A DNA stretch of 64,000 nt. Origin: an uncultured Pseudomonadota bacterium (lineage in GTDB: Bacteria > Oederibacteriota > Muellerivitia > Muellerivitales > Muellerivitaceae). Below the pieces are notes generated by a model. It ran no database searches. It worked only from the letters and a program-made list of their open reading frames with translations, and was not told the DNA's origin. The stretch covers positions 173,739-237,738 of the forward strand of contig CAVYRH010000002.1 of NCBI GenBank assembly GCA_963770835.1. Direction: 5' to 3'. The position numbers and the translations under genes were made by a program. Every line of letters starts with the position of its first letter. Within the stretch, counting starts at the first letter, position 1. Positions 19,391 to 28,506 of the stretch are shown one piece after another.

Positions 19391-19694
19391 AAGAAGGGTC
19401 GGAGACCATGAAATCATCAACAAAACAAACTTTTCCGCCCGGGTTATAGACTGGCGGGGAATTGACGACGGCCCCAATGATGAAACCGTTGATCTTTTGC
19501 GCACCATCCCCATATATCAAGGCGATCACGTTCTCCTTCGACAGGAAGTCTTTCAAAAAAACGGTTTGCAACTCAACTGCGCCTTCAGCCTCTTTATGGA
19601 ATTGTGGCTGGTAATTTTCATACTGCTTTCTTTTGAGGGCGGAAAGGGACGCAATGATCTTTACATCATCGGTGGTAGCTTTTCGGATAGTCAT
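19391..19694 (-). pseudogene. GNAT acetyltransferase truncated by IS3
   Basis: MTIRKATTDD...GFIIG...VYNPGGKVCFVDDFMV, cut at the IS end before the acetyl-CoA motif. Confidence 0.75.
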
Positions 19695-19726
19695 TCTCTT
19701 CTCCTGATGGACTTAAACCGTAAATC

Positions 19727-19758
19727 ATTGTCCACGATGGCTCCCCGTCGTGGACAAC
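19727..19758. repeat. 32-bp palindromic cassette-boundary repeat, copy 1 (intact)
   Basis: ATTGTCCACGATG-GCTCCC-CGTCGTGGACAAC. Confidence 0.85.
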
Positions 19759-19762
19759 CAGC

Positions 19763-20164
19763 CTATAGGTTTTTCAGAAAATTGGACGGATTCACGACTT
19801 TTACATTTTGGTAAACCCCAACATCCAACAAAGCATTATCACCCGAGACGATGAATTCAGCGCCCCCCGCCAATGCCGCTGCAATAAACTTATCATCATC
19901 TGGGTCTTTGCAAATACCTTGGACAGGCTTGGCGTTCACCAGTTCGCAATTCAACTCGATGATTTCAAGTATGGTCCCAACCTCAACGCCAGGGTGTCGT
20001 TTAGCTAAGTCTTCCAAAACGCGGTGGTACTCCTCAAGGATTTCCGGGGATGCCAATAACTTGAAGTCACCTCGTTCCCAAGATTCAATGACTTGGTAAG
20101 GCTTCCCCTTCCAGAAGATTCCAGAAACAAGAACATTCGTGTCTATTACAACAATCCTTTTCAT
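19763..20164 (-). CDS. vapC: PIN-domain toxin (VapC-like)
   Basis: VVIDTNVLVSG, CKDPDDDKFI, IVSGDNALL. Confidence 0.9.
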   Translation of the reverse strand: MKRIVVIDTNVLVSGIFWKGKPYQVIESWERGDFKLLASPEILEEYHRVLEDLAKRHPGVEVGTILEIIELNCELVNAKPVQGICKDPDDDKFIAAALAGGAEFIVSGDNALLDVGVYQNVKVVNPSNFLKNL

Positions 20165-20421
20165 TTACCGCGCCGGACACGGGTTATGGCGGTCTTCACG
20201 TCCGACGGACGCAATCCAGCTTCACTCGCTTGCTTTCGTGCGGTGGCAAGTAAACCGCCCAGATGGCTTAAGGATGGCGGGGTGATCGCTCTGAAAATCA
20301 CCGAATCACCTTGGCCGACAACGACGAACTGATCCCCTTCTTTGAGATGCAGACTTTTGCGGATGGATTCGGGAATAACTACCTGCCCTTTCGAGGAAAG
20401 CTTTGTGGTTGCTATGGTCAT
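20161..20421 (-). CDS. vapB: AbrB/MazE/SpoVT antitoxin
   Basis: TKLSSKGQVVIPESIRKSLHLKEGD; 4-bp overlap with the toxin; operator-like palindrome CCAGTAATCTTACTGG upstream. Confidence 0.9.
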   Translation of the reverse strand: MTIATTKLSSKGQVVIPESIRKSLHLKEGDQFVVVGQGDSVIFRAITPPSLSHLGGLLATARKQASEAGLRPSDVKTAITRVRRGK

Positions 20422-20508
20422 AGGTCACCTCCCAGTAATCTTACTGGTAAGAATATACGTAAATCCAGGTCATTTCAACTGTCTGTTTTCATGTCCAATA
20501 GGGGTCCC

Positions 20509-22449
20509 GTAGGGTCGAGGACTGGTGCGGTGGCCTTCTGGCTCCGTTTCCAGTCCCCGCCTCCTCGAACGTAGCGTGCGGATTTCCCGCACTACGCTCA
20601 CCTGTTGCTTTCCTGTCAAAGTTTATGTGACCTATCAGACGGGTAGCGCTTTCGGTTCTTGGTAATATCGTATTTGGTAGCTTCTGTACAACCCCAGATA
20701 CTTATATATCCACTCCCTACTCCACCTATCCCGCCCAAAACCGTCGAGCTTCTTCGCACGCATCATATGCCGTCTGATTTTATTCTCGACCCATCTTTCC
20801 ACGTAGTTAAAACAGCGCCTAGAATTCCCTATCCGAAAGTAATTCACCCACCCACGCAGTTTGGGATTGATAATCTCAATCACCCTCTGCACCGGCTGAG
20901 ATTGGAAGCTTCCAAATGTTTCCTTGAGCTTACCCAGAAGTGTTGCTCGCGCCTTCATTTTCGGCGTGAACTTCACCCCCCATTTCCCTCGACGGGTTTT
21001 CACCTGTCGAAAGTCAAACCCCAGAAACCCGAAACTTTCACCTTTCGTTAAGTCTGCTATCCGCGTCTTGTCCGTGTTGATTTGCAAGTCGAGCTTGGTC
21101 AATTCTTCAAGTAACCTTCGGTAGGCAGCCTTTGCCAACCATTCCCATTGCGGATATCCATTAACAAGGATCACCATATCGTCAGCGAACCTCGCATATT
21201 CGATATAGTTGTTCTTCCCTTGCCGAGTCACTTCTTTTGCCTTTTCCAGCATCTTATCCACCTCGTTGAGGTAGAGATTAGCCAGAAGAGGGGAAATAAC
21301 CCCTCCCTGCGGGACTCCTCTTTTGCCGCTGGCCTTCAGGATCATCCTCAACAATCTCAACACCGTTTCATCCTCAACCCTTCGGGCAACTTTCTTCATC
21401 AGAAGGTCGTGCCTTACCGTGTCGAAATATGCCTTGAGGTCTACATCAATGACTCGGGTTTTTCTACAGACGATTGCCGATGCTACCCTGTTCACAGCCG
21501 CATGAGCGGTCCGCTTGGGTCGATACCCATAGGACCCTTCTTGAAAATCGGCCTCAAAAATCGGTTCCAGAATAAACTTCAGTGCTCCCTGGACTACTCT
21601 ATCCCGAATGTTGGGTATCCCAAGGACTCTTACCTTCCCATTTCCCTTGGGTATTTCCTTCTTCCGGTTTCGAACGGGCTTATACGTGCCTTGAACTAAT
21701 TCACCCCGGATGCTTTCCAGAAACGACTCCACTCCGGCCTCCTCAATGGCATCAAACGTCACCCCATCTATTCCAGGGGCTCCGTTATTTACCTTAGCCA
21801 TTCGGTAAGCCTGTTGAAGCGTTTCCATCTTGCAAACATGGGTGTACAGTCCCCAGAAACTCCAGTTCTTTTCAGCCTTCGCTTTGACGTATATCTCTCG
21901 TCTCAGGTCTTGCAGGTTAATTGACGTCTTTTTCATACCGTCACTGCCTTCCGTTTTGTCGAGGGACTTAACAACAGCAGGGTTCCTTCGCTCCACGGGC
22001 ATTACCCCGCTTCATCGCTACCATGAACCCATCCTAAACCCTCTCACCTTCGACCGTTTTCCCGCGTCACGGTTATACGGCCTACCTTTCTCCAAGCATT
22101 TCTGCCTGGGGCAAGGAGGGTTTCTCCAGTTGCTTGGCGTGTCCTTGTCTTCGTGCCGTTGCTATCACCCCGTCGGAGTGTTCCAGCGCTTCAGCCATTT
22201 CTCCGCGCTGTCCCATGATGCTTTCGTCCCACGACGGCGGACTCAGCCTCCGAGGCAAGTGTTTTCGGGGCCACCTGTGCATTTACTTTCGTTACGGCCC
22301 GACGACTCGCTCACCATCCTTTCGATGGCTTTGTTGATGGGCTTCAGGCATTTGGTTTCCCGCTTGCCTGCCATCCTAGCTAATGGGCTTTGGCTATTAC
22401 CCATGCAAGACTATCTCTTGCTGAACACACCTGCCTTTTCTGGACGCAC
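20509..22449 (-). mobile_element. Group II intron 1
   Basis: 5' GTGCG; domain V GAGCGTAGTGCGGGAAATCCGCACGCTACGTTC; 3' CCCTAC; internal RT ORF. Confidence 0.9.
20635..22002 (-). CDS. ltrA: Group II intron reverse transcriptase/maturase (no endonuclease domain)
   Basis: PGIDG, RVLGIP..RDRVVQ, GVPQGGVISPLLANLYL, RFADD, FLGF. Confidence 0.93.
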   Translation of the reverse strand: MPVERRNPAVVKSLDKTEGSDGMKKTSINLQDLRREIYVKAKAEKNWSFWGLYTHVCKMETLQQAYRMAKVNNGAPGIDGVTFDAIEEAGVESFLESIRGELVQGTYKPVRNRKKEIPKGNGKVRVLGIPNIRDRVVQGALKFILEPIFEADFQEGSYGYRPKRTAHAAVNRVASAIVCRKTRVIDVDLKAYFDTVRHDLLMKKVARRVEDETVLRLLRMILKASGKRGVPQGGVISPLLANLYLNEVDKMLEKAKEVTRQGKNNYIEYARFADDMVILVNGYPQWEWLAKAAYRRLLEELTKLDLQINTDKTRIADLTKGESFGFLGFDFRQVKTRRGKWGVKFTPKMKARATLLGKLKETFGSFQSQPVQRVIEIINPKLRGWVNYFRIGNSRRCFNYVERWVENKIRRHMMRAKKLDGFGRDRWSREWIYKYLGLYRSYQIRYYQEPKALPV

Positions 22450-22483
22450 CGTCGTGGACAACCTCAAAAGCGACTTTGATTTT

Positions 22484-23080
22484 TCACCTTTTGTTAAATA
22501 ATTCTTTGATCGTCTTAATGGGCAAAAATAAGGTTTTAGGATCGCTCGACAATGGGACAAACCCATATTTCCGATAAAATCGGACGGCGTTTTCATCCTT
22601 GGCGTCAACCACCACGGCATATATGCCAACTTCTTCCGATAAGCGATCGGCCTTGCCAAGGGCATTCCATAAAAGCTCTCCCCCGATTCCTTGGCCTTTG
22701 TGATGCTTGTCTACCCCTAACCTTCCAATTCTAACGGCAGGGACGGGATAGCGAGGTAGGTGTTTAGAGTGGATTGCAGGAATACTTTGGGCGTCAATCT
22801 CGGAAGCAACAAGGGTGTAAAAGCCCAATGCCTTCCGGCCCCCCTGCGCCGAGGTCTCAAACCGAGGCTCTCGCTTGGGTTGTGCCGGTTCCAAATGGGA
22901 ACCGGCCCCGCCCTTTTCCACGGCCACAAAAGTTTTGCTGATATTCCGATCGTGATTTTGCCGGGCGTATTTTTGGAGATAGTCATTCAGGGCCGGTGCG
23001 CCGCAATCGAAAGACCCCAAGTCCAAATGGCGGGATATTGGCTGAATGTCCATATTCAAAGGTTTTTCAGAATGGCTCAA
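22484..23080 (-). CDS. GNAT toxin (TacT/AtaT-like)
   Basis: FDCGAPALNDYL, LPRYPVPAVRIGRLGVD, GQGIGGELL, VVVDAKDENAVRFY. Confidence 0.9.
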   Translation of the reverse strand: MSHSEKPLNMDIQPISRHLDLGSFDCGAPALNDYLQKYARQNHDRNISKTFVAVEKGGAGSHLEPAQPKREPRFETSAQGGRKALGFYTLVASEIDAQSIPAIHSKHLPRYPVPAVRIGRLGVDKHHKGQGIGGELLWNALGKADRLSEEVGIYAVVVDAKDENAVRFYRKYGFVPLSSDPKTLFLPIKTIKELFNKR

Positions 23081-23352
23081 GCGCGGCTATGCTTCTTGGC
23101 GAGGGCCAAAAGGGCCTTAGTGGGGCGGGGCGGATGCTCCATGACTTTCATGAAGGAATTCCACTCGTTTTCCGAAAGGGTGATGCGGCTTTGGGCCGTA
23201 AGCCCTTCCTGGGCGGCTTTCAAAGAATTAAAAAGCATGAAGGCGCTGAGACTTAGCCCGAAGATCGAGGCGGCTTTTTCAAGCATGGCCTTGTCCTTCG
23301 GTCGGATGCGAATTTCGATTCGTTGTTCCCTTGATTGCGTTTCCGTCGCCAT
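23077..23352 (-). CDS. DUF1778 RHH antitoxin (TacA-like)
   Basis: RIEIRI...KAMLEKAA...SLSAFML...ITLSENEW..F...PP.PT.AL. Confidence 0.9.
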   Translation of the reverse strand: MATETQSREQRIEIRIRPKDKAMLEKAASIFGLSLSAFMLFNSLKAAQEGLTAQSRITLSENEWNSFMKVMEHPPRPTKALLALAKKHSRA

Positions 23353-24965
23353 AAACCCTCCTTATACCTTTAAAAGAAGTATACATTAACGTACGGATGA
23401 TGTCCACACATAAGGTGTAGAGTAGAACACAGGCGCAGTAATGTGCAGGTTAACCCTTGGCTTGTTTCCCTGTTTCCAGTTCCGTGCCCGTTTAGGATCG
23501 CCCATCATTCCGTTTCCTGCATCCCCTCATCAAACCGTACGTGACCTTTTCGATCATACGGCTTTCCGACAACCTTTCATCCGGCGGCATACGAGCTAAA
23601 AGTTGGAATCCAGTTCAAACCAAGGCGTTTCACTTCCTCGATCGGCCATGTTCGTCCTTCCCAGGCGTACTTACGCCTCCGGAACAAAGTCAGCCTCTCC
23701 AGTACGTAAAATTGGAGCTTAGAAAAGTACTGCTGGCTATCCCCGATACGAAAATAGTTGGCCCATCCCCTCAACACCGGGTTCAAAGCCTTCGCTAAAT
23801 CCTCCATTGGAGATAAGAGTCGCTCTCGGCCCGCCGTCATCTGCTTCACCTTCTCGGCGATTTTCTTCATAGCCTTCCGACTCGGCCAGCTCAGGCAACA
23901 GGTCTTTCCCAATCCTACCACTGGCATACCTACTTGAAAATGAAACCCCAGGAAGTCAAAACCTTCCTTTGCAGGCCCCATTTCCACCAGCCGTGTCTTT
24001 TCCGGGTGCAGTTCGAGCCCCATACGTCCCATCAATTGCTTGATGACCTCCAGGCTCTTTTCCGCATTGGCTTGGCTACCGCACAGCACCACAAAATCAT
24101 CTGCGTACCGTACCAGCCTTCCCAATTTCCTGTGCCTCTTATTCCAAACCTTGTCCAACAAGTGGAGGTAAACATTGGATAACAGCGGTGAAATTACTCC
24201 GCCTTGGGGCGTCCCTTGGACGGTCGGCCTAAGCCTACCTTCCTCAAACACACCCGCCTTCAGCCACCCTTGGATCAGGTTCAAAATATTCCTGTCACTG
24301 ACCCTCTGGCGCACTAGCACCATCAGTTTGTCATGGTCGATGGAATCGAAATACTTCCTGATGTCTCCATCCACTACCCATGTGTACCCCCCGTTGATCC
24401 ACTTCTTGATCTCCCGGTGGGCCTGTTGGGCTCCGCGTTTTGGCCGAAATCCAAACGAGCCTTCCAGAAAGTCCGCCTCAAAAATAGGTTCTACCACCTT
24501 CCGGCAAGCCGCTTGGACTACCCGATCCCGGATTACCGGAATTCCCAACGGTCTCTTACTTCCGTCAGGCTTGGGTATTTCCACTCGTCTCACCGGCTTA
24601 GGCCGGTACTTCCCAGATTTGAGTTCCTCCTGGATTCCCTTCAGGAATGGAATAATCCCTACCTTCTTTTCAATCCATTCCAGTGTTTCCCCGTCCACTC
24701 CTCCTTGGCCTTTGTTAGCCTTCACCTGTTTCCATGCCGCTACCAGGACATCCCATCGGGTCATCCTGTCGTACAGCACATGGAACCTTCGGTTCGGGCT
24801 CCTCTTGGCCGCTCGGTATAGCTCCCTTTGAAGGATTCGCGCCTTGTCTTCGGAGATAACATGAATGAGCCAGCGGCCTGCGTAAAATAAAACGGGCCTT
24901 GTTGAAGGGCCCTAATTCGCGGGTTGCTCCTTGAGGGAGCCTATCCGCATACGGAGGGCTGGCTC

Positions 24966-26069
24966 ATGGAAAATAATATCACGGTGGTCGGGTTGGATGT
25001 CCATAAGGATACGGTGGTAGGTGCGGTCCTGCCGGCTAGGGCCGAAAATGTGAAGGATATTTTTACAATCGAGAACACCCCAAAAGCATTGGGGAAAATG
25101 CTGGGTAAGTACGAAGGACGAGGGTCAATAACGTTTGTGTACGAGGCGGGCCCTTGTGGATATGACATCCACCGGCAATTAACCCAAAAGGGGTTGAAGT
25201 GCGTCGTAATCGCCCCTGGGAAAATTCCAGTGAAAGCCGGGGATCGGGTGAAGACAGACCGCCGAGATGCGGAAAAGTTGGCCCGTCTTTGGAGGGCGGG
25301 AGAGCTGACGGAAGTGCGGGTTCCGACCATCCAAGAGGAAGCCTGTCGGGATCTGGTTCGAGTTCGTGAGGATGCCCTAGAAGACCGGCAAAAGGCCCGG
25401 CACCGGTTGTCGAATTTCTTTCTTCGGCAAGGTCGTATCTTTCGAGAAGCTAAGAATTGGAGATCAGCCCATGAGGCATGGCTGAAAACCCAAAAGTTCG
25501 AACCTCTGGAACTGCATGAGACTTTCGAGGCATATGTCCGCGGGAAGCAAGAGGCAGATGAGCGGTTGAGGAGTTTGACGAGCCGAGTGGAGGAGATGGC
25601 CAGCCAAGAACCCTACAGGAAACTGGTCAAGCATTTGAGGTGCCTGAAAGGGGTTGATACCTTGAGCGCCATGACCTTGGCGGTGGAAGGCCAAGATTTG
25701 AGGCGATTTGAGAGCGCTCGTAATTTCATGGGTTACGCGGGTTTGGGGATATGTGAAAGCAGTTCAGGTGGAAAAATCCGTCGGGGAGGAATCACCAAGA
25801 CCGGGAACGCCCATTTGAGACGGATTCTTGTGGAATCGGCTTGGAGTTACCGCCATGGGAAGTCGGTCGGCGTGGTTTTAGAAAAAAGGCGGGAGGGTTG
25901 TCCGGTGGAGATTTTAAAGATCGCCCGCAGAGCACAGGATCGTCTGTACAAAAAGTTTCTAAAAATGACCCAACGTAACAAGCCCATCCAAAAAGTAGTG
26001 GTGGCCGTAGCCCGGGAGTTGGCTGGATTTGTGTGGGCCATCGCCCAGGAAACAACAGGAATGGTTTAA
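24966..26069 (+). CDS. IS110 DEDD recombinase/transposase
   Basis: VGLDVHK, YEAGPCG, VKTDRRDA, ESSSGG, ITKTGNAHLR, VAVARELAG. Confidence 0.93.
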   Translation: MENNITVVGLDVHKDTVVGAVLPARAENVKDIFTIENTPKALGKMLGKYEGRGSITFVYEAGPCGYDIHRQLTQKGLKCVVIAPGKIPVKAGDRVKTDRRDAEKLARLWRAGELTEVRVPTIQEEACRDLVRVREDALEDRQKARHRLSNFFLRQGRIFREAKNWRSAHEAWLKTQKFEPLELHETFEAYVRGKQEADERLRSLTSRVEEMASQEPYRKLVKHLRCLKGVDTLSAMTLAVEGQDLRRFESARNFMGYAGLGICESSSGGKIRRGGITKTGNAHLRRILVESAWSYRHGKSVGVVLEKRREGCPVEILKIARRAQDRLYKKFLKMTQRNKPIQKVVVAVARELAGFVWAIAQETTGMV

Positions 26070-26099
26070 CAAGGTCATGAAGGAAGAACCCTGTTTCCG

Positions 26100-26270
26100 G
26101 AAGCTTGGCAACGATTTGGAGAACCCTCGGTACAACTCTGTGGCGCAAAGGCCTAAGCCTGCGACGACCCACGATCAGAGATCGAGGCAGCTCCCGACGA
26201 ATGAAAATCTTGCGTCCCTGGAACCAGCAATGGGTCTAACACGCGAATATCAGTTTGATTCATCGTCGAA
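26100..26270 (+). ncRNA. Putative IS110 bridge RNA
   Basis: Two internal loops carrying target-matching (ACAACTC, TCAGAG) and donor-matching (ATCT, ATATCAG) segments. Confidence 0.65.
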
Positions 26271-26923
26271 ACAAGCCGGGCTTTCGAGATCAGGGCTTTT
26301 CGCAGGGCCTTGAGGTGGAAAAGAGTAGGATAAAACCAAAGGAAAAACCAGCGGGCTTGACTGGCTCATTCATATCAGTTGTTGGCCTTTTGGGGCATGC
26401 TCCAGCGCCTCCCTTTTCCGGTTGCTTGGTTGAAGCAGGGGTCCTTCCCTCCAGGTGGTTTTGTTGTCCACCCTTCAGCGGTAGTGTGACCCCCTCCGAC
26501 TTCCTCTCGCCCTTACCACTTTTCGGTTTTAGCCTTATAGCGGCAAGTCTTTTGGCGGGTAGGATCTCCCAGGTTGCTTGCATAGCCTTTCCAACATTCC
26601 GTTCCCCATACGCCGGAGGATTTGCCCCGCTTGCTCCAGATTCTTTAGCGGGATAATAGCCTTCGCCGGTAGACACGCGGCTCGGCATCCTCTTGCACCT
26701 TTCGGTGTCCCTTTCACGACGCGGCAAGATTCACTTGATGTTGCGGACTGCTGAATTGTTCCCTCACCAAATGAGGTTTATGACCCCGTTTCGGGCAGGA
26801 CCTCTCGGCCCTACGCCGGGGGCTGACTTCCAGGCTCTCTGGCGATTACCTGGTCAGGACTTGGGCTGGCCCTCCTCGACCTACTCCCTCACCTGCTGGC
26901 TCTGCAAACCTTCGCTGGCACGC

Positions 26924-26953
26924 TGTCCACGAAGGGTCCCCGTCGTGGACAAC
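26924..26953. repeat. Palindromic repeat copy 3 (first 2 bp displaced to 23415-23416 by intron 2)
   Basis: GT|TGTCCACGAAG-GGTCCC-CGTCGTGGACAAC. Confidence 0.85.
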
Positions 26954-27060
26954 AAACATAATTAGGTTGCACATTACACAAGAGACACAAATTTGATCCA
27001 AAGAATGCTTTGCCACATCTTTGACAAAAATAAAAAAATTTTAAAACATCTAAAATCTAA

Positions 27061-28115
27061 GCCGAATTCACGGAGTAAGTGCAACACTTCGCCGGAAGAC
27101 TTCCGCCGGAGTTTGAAAGCCCAGACACTTCTTAGGCCTGTTATTGAGGGACCTTTCGATTGCCTTGAGCTTCTTGGAGGACACTTTAGCAAGGTCAGTC
27201 TTTTTTGGCAAATAGCGGCGAACAAGACCAATGATATTTTCCACGGAACCTTTTTCCCAACTGTGGAAAGGAGCGCAGAAAAAGGATTTTGTACCAAGGA
27301 CTTGATTGGTTTCCAGATGGTTGGTGTTTTCGGTTCCATTGTCATAGGTCAGACTCAGGCGAGCCTGTTGCGGGAAGCGGCTTAAAGTACGGTTAAGGCT
27401 ATGACTCATTTGGAGAGCTGTCTTTCGTTTGAGCTTTCCCAGCTTGGAGAACCGGCTTTGACGCTCGACGAGAGCGCGTACAGCAGCCTTACTTTGACGG
27501 GAAACCATAGTGTCCGTTTCCCAATGGCCAAACTGCTTGCGATGCTTGACGGTCTCTGGTCTCTTGTCGATGGAAACACGGCCTGGGATATGGCTTTTGG
27601 CGTGCCTGTGGCTGTGACCAAAGGCGAGCCGCCGCCGGTGGTGACGGACCAGGCAAGGAATCAGATCAGTGGCCTCAGCGTAAATCCACTGGTAGATGGC
27701 TTCGGGACCAATGGTTTGCTTAGGCCGCAGGTGGCCTAAACGGCCTGAAATGAGTTCGGGAGACCAACCGCGTTTCAATTGGCGACGGACGTAGGCACGA
27801 ATTCGTTTTGTTTTCAGGCGTAAACGACGAGCCCGTTGTTGGTTACGGGCCACATACCGTTGATGGGCCCGATGGGAAAGATAGTAACCAGAACGGATGG
27901 GGGGAGCGTTGCGCTTGAGTTCCCTGGAGAGGGTGGAAGGAGACCTCTTCAAGGCGCGGGAGATGGCCCGAAGGCTAAGGCCTTTTCCCTTCAAGACGGA
28001 TAAATGATCTCTTTCCTCAACACTTAAATGCTTGTAGTTCTTTTTCATGGCCGCATATCCTATGGATGCGGCCTTCTTCAGGCACTAAGTGTTGCACTTA
28101 CTAATGGAACTCGGG
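27061..28115 (-). mobile_element. IS30-family element
   Basis: Imperfect terminal IRs sharing AGTAAGTGCAACACT; TAA flanks both ends. Confidence 0.88.
27068..28048 (-). CDS. IS30 transposase
   Basis: YKHLSVEER...RSPSTLSRELKRN, WSPELIS, GHWETDT, LTYDNGTE, WEKGSVEN. Confidence 0.93.
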   Translation of the reverse strand: MKKNYKHLSVEERDHLSVLKGKGLSLRAISRALKRSPSTLSRELKRNAPPIRSGYYLSHRAHQRYVARNQQRARRLRLKTKRIRAYVRRQLKRGWSPELISGRLGHLRPKQTIGPEAIYQWIYAEATDLIPCLVRHHRRRLAFGHSHRHAKSHIPGRVSIDKRPETVKHRKQFGHWETDTMVSRQSKAAVRALVERQSRFSKLGKLKRKTALQMSHSLNRTLSRFPQQARLSLTYDNGTENTNHLETNQVLGTKSFFCAPFHSWEKGSVENIIGLVRRYLPKKTDLAKVSSKKLKAIERSLNNRPKKCLGFQTPAEVFRRSVALTP

Positions 28116-28294
28116 TAATAAATTTTCATTATTAAAATAACATTGGGAATTTTGGGGATAACTGCAACTGTGCGAGGTTGCATTCAACTACAACAATTTG
28201 TAGTAAGTGGCAACCAACTCCAACCTGTTGAAATGTTGGAACACACAATCGGTTTTCAATATTGGGGTTTGTGGCTAAGGGGTGGCAAAGTTTT

Positions 28295-28333
28295 GGTGTC
28301 ACACCCTGTCATTTACTGGCATTTTGTGACACC
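28295..28333. other. Putative integrase arm-type sites near the element end
   Basis: GGTGTCACA...TGTGACACC inverted pair plus TGTCATT, ~100 bp from the tRNA break. Confidence 0.4.
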
Positions 28334-28432
28334 TTGACTTTGTCTTGTGGTTAGGAGGCAGGAGCAAAAAAATTTAAATTTTTATTTGTTTACAATGCTT
28401 TTTACAGAAGAGAGTGAAACCGGGAAATGGCA

Positions 28433-28469
28433 TTGGCAAGGTTGCACTCTACCACTGAGTTATTCCCGC
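28433..28469 (-). pseudogene. 5' half of tRNA-Gly(GCC); probable att junction
   Basis: GCGGGAATAACTCAGTGGTAGAGTGCAACCTTGCCAA followed by non-tRNA sequence. Confidence 0.88.
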
Positions 28470-28506
28470 GTTTCCGGGCCTTGGAAGGCCTTGTGAACGG
28501 AGCGAA

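Larger units (their letters stand above)
20490..22462. repeat. Palindromic repeat copy 2, split by group II intron 1 (20490-20508 + 22450-22462)
   Basis: CATGTCCAATAGG-GGTCCC|CGTCGTGGACAAC after intron removal. Confidence 0.75.
24854..26378 (+). mobile_element. IS110/IS1111-family element
   Basis: 13-bp subterminal IRs ATGAATGAGCCAG (24861-24873, 26361-26373); AG/CT core dinucleotide at both junctions. Confidence 0.9.
23577..26398 (-). pseudogene. ltrA: Intron 2 RT/maturase interrupted at about codon 8 by IS110
   Basis: MPQKANN (26398) | SEDKARILQRELY...YADD; aligns with the intron 3 RT N-terminus MPEKANNSEDK. Confidence 0.88.
23417..26923 (-). mobile_element. Group II intron 2 (contains IS110)
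   Basis: 5' GCGTGCCAG; domain V AAGCCGTATGATCGAAAAGGTCACGTACGGTTT; 3' CTCTAC; close relative of intron 3. Confidence 0.88.

Noticed and set aside
19727..26953. Classical integron or CRISPR array
   Set aside because: The sites are too short and have the wrong GTT/AAC orientation for attC, and there is no intI; spacing is gene-sized and there are no cas genes.
28150..28432. Group I intron in tRNA-Gly
   Set aside because: No downstream tRNA 3' exon or recognisable group I core.
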